DNA of 59,113 nt, filler included, from Stramenopiles sp. TOSAG23-3 (lineage: Eukaryota), in NCBI GenBank assembly GCA_900128585.1. It is 6 parts of 6 records of this genome, joined end to end, with 100 filler letters (N's around TTAATTAATTAA, not from the genome) between each part and the next. Parts side by side here need not be neighbours in the genome. Positions count along the whole stretch, not along the records: positions 17,765 to 35,425 come from LT642444.1; positions 35,526 to 53,145 come from LT642445.1; 4 more parts are not named here. One strand, given 5' to 3'. The translations under genes and the position numbers were made by a program. The number at the start of each line of letters is the position of its first letter. Positions within the stretch are counted from its first letter, which is position 1. The notes beneath the pieces were generated by a model. The model had not been told where the DNA came from. It searched no databases and was given only the letters and a program-made list of their open reading frames with translations. Shown here in pieces: positions 34,136-43,877 of the stretch.

Positions 34136-34888
34136 ACAATGATATTTGCGTTCGATGGGCAATTGAAGTTAGTCGATCTTCAAAATGCATTTGAGGGCAG
34201 CGGGCTTGGGATTTTCCTGGAGTCGTGGACCCATGTCTATGAGAAGGTGGTCCGTGAAAGTGCGCGTGTGGAGGAAAAGGCAAAGAGGCTCCCCACGTGG
34301 AAAGCAAACCTATACGCGGCGGGTAAGTTTTTGCGGCTGGGGCCATCGCACTGGAAGCACACTTTCTTGGAGGCCCTTGCCATAAAACAAGAAGACCGTC
34401 GCAATTACGAAAAACTCCTCGGTGCCTTAATGGAGTGGCACGAACGCCCAAGCAAACGGCGGCTGCAGTTTATATCGATTTTTCAATTGAAAAATGAAGT
34501 GATGAAAACGGCATCCTACGACCACGCCGACGAAGTGTTTCGTCTATTAATTTTAAAATGGAAGTCATCAGCGCACCAGCCAAACTTTTTTTCCATGATT
34601 GAAAGGGACGAGGCGCTGAATGCCTTAATGATACGCAGGCAAAACATCCTTTACCAAAATGCGAATGTTTCGACGTTTGAAGAGCGGGAGCGGGGAATAC
34701 CTGTTGCAGAAATGAGTATTATCAGTACGGAAAAGTCCTTACAGTCTCTTCTGGCGTTAAAGAAGAAACGGGCTGAAAGAATCCAGCAGTTGGAAGGCGA
34801 AGTGTTTAAGTCGCGGAAGCACCTTTTTACCAAGCTGCAATCCGTTGAAAATAGATTGCAGGAATATGCTGCGAAAGTTTCCATGTAA
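34133..34888 (+). CDS. Hypothetical helical protein; probable 3' part of the gene starting at 32897 (-)
   Basis: 251-aa ORF with coding-like composition and no AT-rich promoter spacer upstream. Confidence 0.65.
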   Translation: MTMIFAFDGQLKLVDLQNAFEGSGLGIFLESWTHVYEKVVRESARVEEKAKRLPTWKANLYAAGKFLRLGPSHWKHTFLEALAIKQEDRRNYEKLLGALMEWHERPSKRRLQFISIFQLKNEVMKTASYDHADEVFRLLILKWKSSAHQPNFFSMIERDEALNALMIRRQNILYQNANVSTFEERERGIPVAEMSIISTEKSLQSLLALKKKRAERIQQLEGEVFKSRKHLFTKLQSVENRLQEYAAKVSM

Positions 34889-35187
34889 TATTTAATAAAT
34901 ATGTCCCCTTTCAAAAAGGTATTTGGTAGAATAATAATTCCTAATAAATAATCCCTCATCTCTCCCCAGCCAGCCAGACCGGTCCCTTACAGGACACAGC
35001 ACAGCAATGAGGAGATCCCGTAGCTGAATGATTCAGATAGGGTCAATATTTTTAAATATACAAATTACAAGTATGTCACGTATTGCACCGCACACCACCA
35101 CAACCATAATTTTTTTGTTCTATACTTTTCATTCAGCCTTTGTTGTTCTTCTTCTTCTTCTTTGTTCTTCGCGAAAAAAAAAAAAAA

Positions 35188-35246
35188 GAGAAGAAGAAGA
35201 AGAAGAAGAAGAAGAAGAAAAAGAAGAAGAAGAAGAAGAAGAAGAG
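35188..35246. repeat. (GAA)n microsatellite
   Basis: Seen directly. Confidence 0.9.
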
Positions 35247-35425
35247 AGATGAAGAAGAAGAGAAAAAAAAAAGTGATGAAAAAATAATAATAGTAGTAGT
35301 CGTCTCTCTAAAAAATCAGCTATATATTCATATCACATATGTTTTAATAGAAAATGAATACGAAGTAAACGTTCACGCAGAATGTATGTTGAACATTGTA
35401 CATATCTACTTGCGCATTTCAGTTT

Positions 35426-35525
35426 NNNNNNNNNNNNNNNNNNNNNNNNNNNNNNNNNNNNNNNNNNNNTTAATTAATTAANNNNNNNNNNNNNNNNNNN
35501 NNNNNNNNNNNNNNNNNNNNNNNNN
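35426..35525. other. Artificial contig-joining linker
   Basis: N44-TTAATTAATTAA-N44. Confidence 0.98.
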
Positions 35526-36112
35526 TATAATCATCATTCATATTATTTTTCTTATTATTATTTTTCTTATTATTAATTGACAATTGAGAATAAATCAGAA
35601 GAAGAAGAAGGAAGAGGAAGATATAAAATATACGATAATATACGACGTGACGTATAAGCTGGTATACTCGTATATATTAAGAAGAGAAAAAATAAAATAT
35701 GGTCCAGAATTCTCATATTTTTTTACACTTTTTTTTAAAAAATAATAATAATAAATTCGTTAATCTCTCGTATAATATATATAGACTAATTATAAGTATT
35801 TAAATGCATAGTCTTATTTTACCTGTACTACCGAAGGGACGTGTCATCATCACCCTCTTAATAAAATTTATAACGTATAAATAAATGTTGGGTAAGTTAT
35901 TTTTCTCTTTGCGCCAAAGAAGAACACATTTTCACCTGGTTTGTTTGTAAACTTCGTATTACCTAATTACATATGAATGATTAGAAAATTGAAAGGTTTG
36001 TTTTTTACATCATTGGAAAGTTTAACAAAGGTTGAATTCATTGCCCTGCATCGACGACGTTCTCGATCATTCGCTGTACGACCAGGAGTTTCTCTGACGT
36101 AGTAAAACGAAA

Positions 36113-38056
36113 ATGACCGATTTGTCCTTCTTAGACCATGAAACCTCTCACTTCATCGATGACAACCTGGACTTCTCGGACTTCGATGAGGACATGGACG
36201 TAGAGGAAAATGAAGCATTCAGCAAAATTGTAAGCGAACAAATGGCCAGCATAGTGTCCAAAGATGTTCCAGTGGAAAACACAACGGAACAAAACGATGG
36301 CTTTCAGAATGCCTTGCTAGGTTTGATCGGTTTTGTAAAGAACGGAGAAGAACTCTTCCAGACGGCGCACAGCATATCTCTTTTAGATGACTTGAAAATC
36401 TGCTTTACTCACGAAACAGATCCTGAGAGGAAATTTTATACCTCTGCAAAAGATGCCTGCCACGTCTCGGCGGTGTTCCACAAGCTCGTATCCTCCGCAT
36501 CGCTGCCATTTGATGAAGAATCATCGTCGTATCAAATTGGCCTGACAAAGGTCGAATGTGACTTCGAATCCATGGAAGTCTTCGCTCTGTTGTGCCGATC
36601 AAATGTGGACGACATGGACATGGGTGCATTGAAATTTTGGAAAGCCCTGCCACTGGTGAAAAAATTCGATTGCCCCGGTATGCAAAGCATAATCTATTCC
36701 CATATTGAACGCGAGCCGACGATAGACAGCATGGCCGAGTACGATGCGCTATTCCCCAATACGATGTGGAGCATTACTGCGCTGCAGTTCCTAGCGCGAG
36801 AAATCGCGCTGGTCAACAGCAGCGAGAAACATGTCCTAAAGAGCCGATTAAGCCTGTACGAGACGTTTTCCAAGACGACGCTGTTGCGCATCATGGTGCA
36901 CATGGCAAATGTGCAGAAAGGTATTGCCAACGAGGCTAAGAAGAGAATCCAGGAAGCGGACTTGAGGACGGAAAAAATCCAAAAATCCCTTCAAGATATT
37001 CGTGAGGAAGCTAGGGCCCAGATTTTTCACGCCCGCAAAGAGGCCGAGAACAATGTGATGGCTGCGAAAGAACGGGCAATGGCCAGGTTCGTAGATGCAA
37101 AGCGGGTCCAAAAGATTGCCTCGGAGAAGGCTAGAGAAATAGAAAACAAAGCCCAGATAGCCAAAGAGGCTAGCGCACGGGCTTTGGAGGAGCTGCTGCG
37201 CCACCAGGAGGCGGTAAAACGATTGTCGGAGAAGGCCAAACAAATGAAGGTCCAGGCGGCACAAACGACCGCTCTCGCGGAAGAAGCTAGGGTCGAAGAG
37301 CAAAAACATGCCCAGCAGTTTGCATTGGCTAGCCTAACGGCGTTAGAAATTAAAGACAGCGGGGGTGGAAAGGACGACGTAGCGTTTGAGAAGGCATATA
37401 AAAATACACCATTGGCCCGGGGATCGCCCGCTTTGAAGGATATTCGAAAGGGCGAGTCGAAGCAGGAGGGTGGCGAAGATGAGGACTTGCTTGTGAAATT
37501 TTACAACAAACCCCTGACAATAAATGATTTGGTTGAGAGTATGTCGTTGTCGCCAAGTTCTTACCACCGGAGGAGTAGGAACGGCGAGACGGAGCCCTCG
37601 ACTCCTGCGCGCAAGGAATCGGCTATGGAAGATGTTGTTCCATTGAACAACACCGAGACCCTTGCAGCACAAACCCCAGAAGTTGAAGAATCGGAGGAGA
37701 GAGCGACGTTTTCGTCCTTTGCCAACAATTCGATCGACATAACAGCCGCCTTTTCCGCTGCGTTCGAAACTGACTTATCAACGATTGGCAGCCCTGATGA
37801 AGCGAGCAGGGGCGTGGAGCTCCCGCTAGAAAATGGTAGTGTTGAAGACCATGTTGTTCAAGACAAAGTGCCTACAACTCTGCCAGTGGCTGTTGCGCAA
37901 GAGCCAGAGGTGGTGAGCGAGGCGCCAGACACGGCGACAGAAAAGCCAGACACAGCGGCAGAAAAGCCAGAGGCACCGGCGCCGGTAGAGGGCGAGGATG
38001 ATAGTTCGACAACCGGTGACGACGGTTCGGACGGCGACGAAAACTTTAGTCTTTAA
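36113..38056 (+). CDS. Protein with divergent BTB/POZ-like domain, coiled coil and acidic disordered tail
   Basis: LKICF..RKFYTSAKDACHVSAVFHKLV..KALPLVKKFDC resembles BTB and is followed by an A/E/K-rich helix. The domain call is tentative. Confidence 0.7.
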   Translation: MTDLSFLDHETSHFIDDNLDFSDFDEDMDVEENEAFSKIVSEQMASIVSKDVPVENTTEQNDGFQNALLGLIGFVKNGEELFQTAHSISLLDDLKICFTHETDPERKFYTSAKDACHVSAVFHKLVSSASLPFDEESSSYQIGLTKVECDFESMEVFALLCRSNVDDMDMGALKFWKALPLVKKFDCPGMQSIIYSHIEREPTIDSMAEYDALFPNTMWSITALQFLAREIALVNSSEKHVLKSRLSLYETFSKTTLLRIMVHMANVQKGIANEAKKRIQEADLRTEKIQKSLQDIREEARAQIFHARKEAENNVMAAKERAMARFVDAKRVQKIASEKAREIENKAQIAKEASARALEELLRHQEAVKRLSEKAKQMKVQAAQTTALAEEARVEEQKHAQQFALASLTALEIKDSGGGKDDVAFEKAYKNTPLARGSPALKDIRKGESKQEGGEDEDLLVKFYNKPLTINDLVESMSLSPSSYHRRSRNGETEPSTPARKESAMEDVVPLNNTETLAAQTPEVEESEERATFSSFANNSIDITAAFSAAFETDLSTIGSPDEASRGVELPLENGSVEDHVVQDKVPTTLPVAVAQEPEVVSEAPDTATEKPDTAAEKPEAPAPVEGEDDSSTTGDDGSDGDENFSL

Positions 38057-38342
38057 GACAGAAATTGAAAACTAAAGTATATAAGACAACAATGTATAGA
38101 GCATTATAAGGACAGACAGCTCATTTCGTAGGTTTCAATTTATAAAAACAAGAAAATTGGCTGTTATTTAATTTATATAAGCATATTTACGCACACAGCC
38201 TTTTAATTTTGGCCGCATTACCCACTTTTACCGACCCAACACAAAAATTGAAAAAAACTCCACGCCGAAGAAACGTGCTTTAAACGTCCACGGCCCACGC
38301 ACCCACCCTCTCGCTCGGCTGCTGGCGCAGCCCAGGTTTTGA

Positions 38343-38756
38343 TCACTTGAAGAAGCACTGTGCCCACCCCGTCATGATATTTGCACACTTTGCGTTTGGT
38401 TCTGTGATGGCGTCAAATGACGGCCCAATGGAGTCCACGATAGGGTGTGAAAAATCTGTAAATACGTGTTTGGTCACTTTCGTTTTATGAAGAAAATATA
38501 GTAACCGTCGCCTCCCCTTCTCGGCGGTGTCCTTTCTGTGTAATTCCAGCGTCTTGTCTATTAATCTATTCGCCAGCTCTTCCGCAATAACTTCAGCAAT
38601 TCTATCGTCCTTCGTTGCGGCGTCGCTAGGGAATATGTGCTCAAGCCCCAGCGACCCTTCCATACGCTTGGACAACTCCGTTTGTGCCCTCGCCGCCCTC
38701 ACGTTCGTTGTGATCATATCTACCAGCAGTATGAGCAGGCAAAAGAACGTTCTCAT
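38343..38756 (-). CDS. Hypothetical secreted protein (137 aa)
   Basis: ATG plus hydrophobic signal-like N-terminus; contains GRRRLL, a possible processing site. Confidence 0.55.
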   Translation of the reverse strand: MRTFFCLLILLVDMITTNVRAARAQTELSKRMEGSLGLEHIFPSDAATKDDRIAEVIAEELANRLIDKTLELHRKDTAEKGRRRLLYFLHKTKVTKHVFTDFSHPIVDSIGPSFDAITEPNAKCANIMTGWAQCFFK

Positions 38757-39291
38757 CCTGTAAAATGCAAGCCGTAGACACTTGAATGGCTTTGTCCTTT
38801 CAACAGAATTGTTGCTGTTCGCCTTTTAAGGCAATGCCTGCTTTTCCGGGGGTTTATAAACAATATACATGGCGTGAGAATCAACTAGTAGCATTTCTAT
38901 ACAAAAGAAGAGGAAATGTTAGTTACTAATCCTAATATTCTCAAGTCCGTCGTCGTCGGTGTTCGTAGTACTACTCGTATCATCAATATATAAGAAGAGG
39001 CTGATGATGATAAGACTACGGTACCGGCAGTAGTATCACATCAGTCATATCTATACTATTTTACCTATAACTATATAAAGTAATAAGACTTTCGAGAAGG
39101 ACTGCAAGCAACATATTTTTAATTTAATCTCAAAATCCCCCCCACACTCTCCTTCTAAAATTCTTCCTTTTTTTCCGTAAAATAATAAATACCCTCTTCT
39201 ATAACCCTAAAATAACTCTCTCCTCTCTAAAAAAATAAATAAAAAACTAAAATGTTTAACTTAAAAAAATTGGAAGACTCAGGACTTGCTC

Positions 39292-40527
39292 TTAGTCGAT
39301 ATCTTGGCGGTAACATTCCATAATGTCTGTCATGTCCATGTTTGGATCCAACCTGTCCCGAAAATTCGGCATCAACGGTCCACCTACGGGCAAGATGTCA
39401 GATTCCTGAGAGAAGACGAAGTCTGGCTCTTTGGGGGCGTCCTGAATATTCGGGGCCAACGATCCAGTCACGAGCGGAGGGAAATATTTGTTCAAGTCCC
39501 AGTATTCCTTCGACTGGGAATCTGAATCAAACACGTCTTTCTGAACTTTATCCCCAATGTTAAATTCATCACCCAGCACCCCATCACCCACAGGTTCGAA
39601 TTTTACCGTAACTCTCCTCACCTCCCCTTTGTTCAGCTTATCAACAGACTTGCTGGGTGTGCATTCCGAGTGTCCCTCTGCTGCCGATGATGAGATGGTT
39701 TTCGCAACAAGGTTTGTGCCTGCTGGCACATCGTCCGTGTCATCTTCGCGCATTTTCACGTCCCCCGTCTGGAAGTAAACGTCCTTCTCGTCGTCCGTCT
39801 CATCGTCTGTCTCCTCGTCTACTTCCTTTTCGGGCAAGGCTGCCACCACCTTTTCCTTCTTCACCGTCTTCCCTTTCCCCTTCTTCCCAGTCTTGGTTTC
39901 AACCTTCTTCCCCGCCTTCGCTTTTGCTTTCTGCGCCGTCTTGGTTTTTGCCTTCTTCGAAGTCTTGGTTATTACCTTCTTCGACGTCTTGTTTTTAACC
40001 ACCTTCGTTGGCACCTTGGCTTTACCTTTTGCTTTTGCATTCGCAAATTCCCGATAATGGTTGATTGTATGCTTGTCGTCTTTGTATTGAACCCTATCCC
40101 AGCCGCCCTGGTTTCTCGGCTTTTTGAAATGGTACATGGCGATGAATTTTGTAAACCCCGAGACTGCCCCGAACGTTTGTTGCTGGTTGCTCTGAGCAAA
40201 AAAATCAAGCAACTTGTGGTCCGTGTGTGTCTTGCTCTTACGACTGTCCTTTACAAGGCCCACGCACTTGACCATACCATTTCCCAATAAGATTGCGTAG
40301 TACGATTTAACAGGGATCTTCCCCGCCGCAGGTGCCTTCGTGCCCATTATTCGGTAGTCCACATGTAACACATTCCCATCGAGCCAATTGAAGTCCGGCT
40401 TTAAGCCGTGTTCAAAACATCTCTTCATCTCGTTAATTGACTTTAACTTTCTCTCCTCGGGTATCCTTTTCTTTCCCTTCGCGACCTTCTTCTTCCTCCC
40501 CCGTTTTACTTGCGACTGTTTCGGCAT
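39292..40527 (-). CDS. RAMA-domain-like nuclear protein with Lys-rich H1-like tail and acidic C-terminus
   Basis: NVLHVDY..YAILLGNGMV..QTFGAVSGF..GGWDRVQYK..INHYR aligns by eye with the MPND-type RAMA pattern; followed by KT[SAG]KK repeats. Confidence 0.7.
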   Translation of the reverse strand: MPKQSQVKRGRKKKVAKGKKRIPEERKLKSINEMKRCFEHGLKPDFNWLDGNVLHVDYRIMGTKAPAAGKIPVKSYYAILLGNGMVKCVGLVKDSRKSKTHTDHKLLDFFAQSNQQQTFGAVSGFTKFIAMYHFKKPRNQGGWDRVQYKDDKHTINHYREFANAKAKGKAKVPTKVVKNKTSKKVITKTSKKAKTKTAQKAKAKAGKKVETKTGKKGKGKTVKKEKVVAALPEKEVDEETDDETDDEKDVYFQTGDVKMREDDTDDVPAGTNLVAKTISSSAAEGHSECTPSKSVDKLNKGEVRRVTVKFEPVGDGVLGDEFNIGDKVQKDVFDSDSQSKEYWDLNKYFPPLVTGSLAPNIQDAPKEPDFVFSQESDILPVGGPLMPNFRDRLDPNMDMTDIMECYRQDID

Positions 40528-41447
40528 ACTTTGGTTTGCTTCGCTGCTGCGAGTTCCTAAGGCAAAGATAAGTCTTGAAAAATAAAGAGTCAGGAGACGT
40601 AGAAAAGAACTTCAAGCGCTTTGGGGTGGTAAATGCTGACTGGGCAAAAAACGGCTTAACTGCCTGGGTTGTTTCTTCCTTTTCCTTTCTTTATTATTAC
40701 TTTTTATTTGCTCTTGACGAACGCCTAACAGCTCTCGTCCAGCTAAACAAAACCCTTTCAAGTTCCTTTGTTTTTGTTGTTGGTGGTGGTGTACTACTAC
40801 TACGAAGTAAAAAAGTGAAAGTGATGAATGAGGAGAAGATGATGAAGAAGCTGAAGAAGATGATTTTGGCCGCGGTAGATGCTATTCCCATATAGAAAAA
40901 TGGTAGACACCCACTCATTGATTCATTTTTTCTGTTCGGAAGGAATTTAAGAACAAATATATTCTAATTAATAATACAAGTATAATATATACAGTGCACA
41001 TAGGGCAATGAACAATTGTAGTAGATATTCTTACAAGTACACTGTATATAGGGAATTATTATAAAACTAAGAAGGAATTCATTTGTATTGATGCTATGTA
41101 CTCGTAATAAGCTGTATAGAAAAACAAAACTGAAAGAGTTCTTGAGTCACGAGATTTAAGAGAACCCGCGAAATGGCATGAAGGAGTTAGGATAAGGGTA
41201 TATCAGTCGTCCGGGCGGCGGGCGGCGCGATCATCCATCGGCGAGATCGATCATCATCATTTTTTTTCAATAATCTGTGTGTTACTAGAGAATTACAACA
41301 TACAAGTAGATGATAAAAAGAAGAAAATAATTTGGTTTTCTTTTGCATTGAAGTCATTGATTAATTCTGATATAATGTAAAAGAGAAAAGGTTAGGTTCT
41401 ATCGCGCTCAAAAAAAGTTAAAGACGGTTGGCTTGACACAAAGGATC

Positions 41448-42146
41448 ATGGTATTTTTTTACACGCTGGGTGAGAAAGCGACGAAGCGCGGGTTTAAGGT
41501 GTACATGGGGCGGGATAAGTTTGAAAACGAGGAGCTTTTGGAAATAGGTGGGTGGCCGGAAGATGTTTGGTTTCACGTTGACAACTTATCTTCTGCGCAC
41601 GTATATTTGAGATGCCCGCTGGGGATGACGTGGGACAAGTTACCTCCCGCTGTGGTTAACCAGTGCTGCCAGATTGTGAAGAACAATTCCATTGAGGGTT
41701 GCAAACGGGCAGAAGTCGCTGTCATATACACTCCGTTCCCTAATTTGCACAAAGACCCCCAGACTATGCAAGTAGGTGCCGTAGCCTATCACGACCGAAA
41801 GAAAGTGAAGCGTGTTATGGTTAAGAAGAACAGGGAACTGGTGAAAAAGCTAGAAAAAACGAAATCGGCAGACACTGCCGTGGACCATGCAAAAGAGCGG
41901 ACACGGCGGGACGAGGAAGAGACGAGGCGAAACAAGAAAGCGTTCAAAAAGGCAAAGCAGGAAGAGGCTGCACTGTTGAAGCGCCGGAAGGAAGACTCCT
42001 ATGCGAAAAGTTATGATCGCCTGTTCGAAGATGATGACGCAATGGAGGCTCACTCGAACCAGAAGAAATCGGCGATGGAATACGCCGAAGAAGACGAAGA
42101 CGATGAAGACGATTTCAACATGGACGATTTGGGGGATCTCTTATGA
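41448..42146 (+). CDS. CCDC25: NFACT-R (DUF814) protein CCDC25/Jlp2
   Basis: YMGRDKFENEELL..WPEDVWFHVDNLSSAHVYLR..VKNNSIEG..IYTP; ATG at 41448. Confidence 0.95.
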   Translation: MVFFYTLGEKATKRGFKVYMGRDKFENEELLEIGGWPEDVWFHVDNLSSAHVYLRCPLGMTWDKLPPAVVNQCCQIVKNNSIEGCKRAEVAVIYTPFPNLHKDPQTMQVGAVAYHDRKKVKRVMVKKNRELVKKLEKTKSADTAVDHAKERTRRDEEETRRNKKAFKKAKQEEAALLKRRKEDSYAKSYDRLFEDDDAMEAHSNQKKSAMEYAEEDEDDEDDFNMDDLGDLL

Positions 42147-42216
42147 TCGAGACCATTTAAAACCAAAATATAAAACTGCTGTTCTTTAAAATTTATTCAA
42201 AATTCTAACGAACATT

Positions 42217-42440
42217 TTGGCTGTTATTTTAAGTAAAATTAAGTTTTATCTTCTTCACATATACACCGCGAAAGTGAATCTGCTCCTTTTGTCCATTAAA
42301 GGTTTACGTTCCTTTTCATATACTGCGAACTTATTTCTGCTCCTAAAATGTCTAAATCTAGATTTCAGTTCGCAGTACATTAATTTTAATTTTACTTAAA
42401 AACAAATTATACTTAAATAACAGCCAATTTTCTTGTTTTA
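42217..42440. repeat. Dispersed AT-rich repeat, two modules in inverted orientation (MITE-like)
   Basis: TTGGCTGTTATTTTAAGTA at 42217 and TACTTAAATAACAGCCAA at 42410-42427; the internal 42267-42334 is near-identical to 51249-51314. Confidence 0.85.
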
Positions 42441-42550
42441 AAAAGACAAATAACGTATGTCAAGTTCGTTAATCATACTTTTCGTAAGTAGTACTTTTTT
42501 TTTGTACTTTTATATAAAACCGATATGTCTCTTGTCCGATGTGGTTGAGA

Positions 42551-43519
42551 CTATGGGGTTAGCGACGCGAGAAAGGAAAACCAGTTATCGTACAGTAGAG
42601 TCCTGGTCATCCCAAGGGGTGAACTAATCCCTACTGGATGGTTTTTGTGGCTTAAATCTATATACATGAATCTCTGATCAAAGCTTGTCCCAGTGCAAAC
42701 AGGCAAGATGCTTCTGTTTACAGACTTTCCCAGCCTTCTTTTTGCACTTTCGGGAGATAAGTTCTTTAATCTCGTCGCTTGAAGACCAAATGCCTGGAGA
42801 CGTTTGTAAATATTTACAATTTTTTCAAGGCTCAAGAAGAAAAGCCCATCGCCTATCAACGAATTCCCAGAAAAATTAATCTCCTGGCCGTCATGAACGA
42901 AAACAGAAGCCAAGAATTGAATTGGTAGCTTTTGTCCAAAAATCTGGCTTTCGATTTCCCGAACATTTTGCATGACTGCGCCCTTTCTCAGCCCCAACGA
43001 TGCTCTATTGGAGCAGTTATAAATGTTTTCCCATAACCGCCTGGATGTATACAAGGAATGTGAATACTCAACGTACTCTTCGAATGGGTGAAGTTTCAAA
43101 CGCCTAGAAATCCCTCGTCCTTGGAAAAAATTCTTCGCGAAATAGTCACATTCGTCGATTCCGACGCGTACACGTAACCTAGATGACAGGACAGAAATTC
43201 CGTGGTATTCATGCACTGGAAGAAACTTTCCGATGATATCAAAAATTTCGGACGAAATGGTCTCCAAACCAATCGCTTGCGGCTCGGCGAGGGCGCCCGG
43301 CTTCGGCAACAGTACAACACGTCCGCCCACGTTCGTGTGAGGTTGGACGGACAGAAATGCCCCAGGAGGAGCGTCGCACTCAACCGGCAATTTCCTGCTT
43401 GCAATCCAAACGCACTTTCCAGCCATTGCTTCGTTACATATATGCGTAATATCGTCCGTAAGAATATGTATGAGTTTATGTGCAATAAATTTCAGAATTA
43501 ACAGGTGCCGGTCTTTCAT
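42551..43519 (-). CDS. F-box-like plus SMI1/KNR4-like domain protein (FBXO3/SKIP16-like)
   Basis: LETISSEIFDIIGKFL (F-box-like); LRKGA..EIESQIFGQKLPIQFLASVFVHDGQ (SMI1/KNR4 motif). The true start may be the second ATG (MAGKC). Confidence 0.7.
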   Translation of the reverse strand: MKDRHLLILKFIAHKLIHILTDDITHICNEAMAGKCVWIASRKLPVECDAPPGAFLSVQPHTNVGGRVVLLPKPGALAEPQAIGLETISSEIFDIIGKFLPVHEYHGISVLSSRLRVRVGIDECDYFAKNFFQGRGISRRLKLHPFEEYVEYSHSLYTSRRLWENIYNCSNRASLGLRKGAVMQNVREIESQIFGQKLPIQFLASVFVHDGQEINFSGNSLIGDGLFFLSLEKIVNIYKRLQAFGLQATRLKNLSPESAKRRLGKSVNRSILPVCTGTSFDQRFMYIDLSHKNHPVGISSPLGMTRTLLYDNWFSFLASLTP

Positions 43520-43877
43520 GTTTACAAAATACAGAAAAAGAAGTTCTTCTTTCGATCGACTTCAGTTCACTTTGGTTGCTTAAATTATTTTTAATTATTA
43601 TAATAATAACTAACCACGTAACACCATCCCATACGTACAACACCATTCACCTCCTTCCTTCCTTTTAAATTCCGTTCTTCTCAGTTTTACCGGTACCTGT
43701 ACCAGGTACAGGTACGGGGACTTTTTTATTTACCGGTTCCATTGTATCCATACAGCAGGGACTATTTTTTTAGTAGTTAAAATTTATCGTCTTCACATAA
43801 TATACTGCGAACTTATCTCATATAGTTACTTATAATTTGTTTTCAACTTTACTACTGCAAATTTCTCATCCACCATC

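Noticed and set aside
35006-35030. TGAGGA...CTGA as C/D box snoRNA
   Set aside because: Boxes are too close together and I could not identify an rRNA-complementary guide or terminal stem.
39001-39043. CTGATGA-containing hairpin as hammerhead ribozyme
   Set aside because: CTGATG is itself paired in the stem and there is no correctly placed GAAA core.
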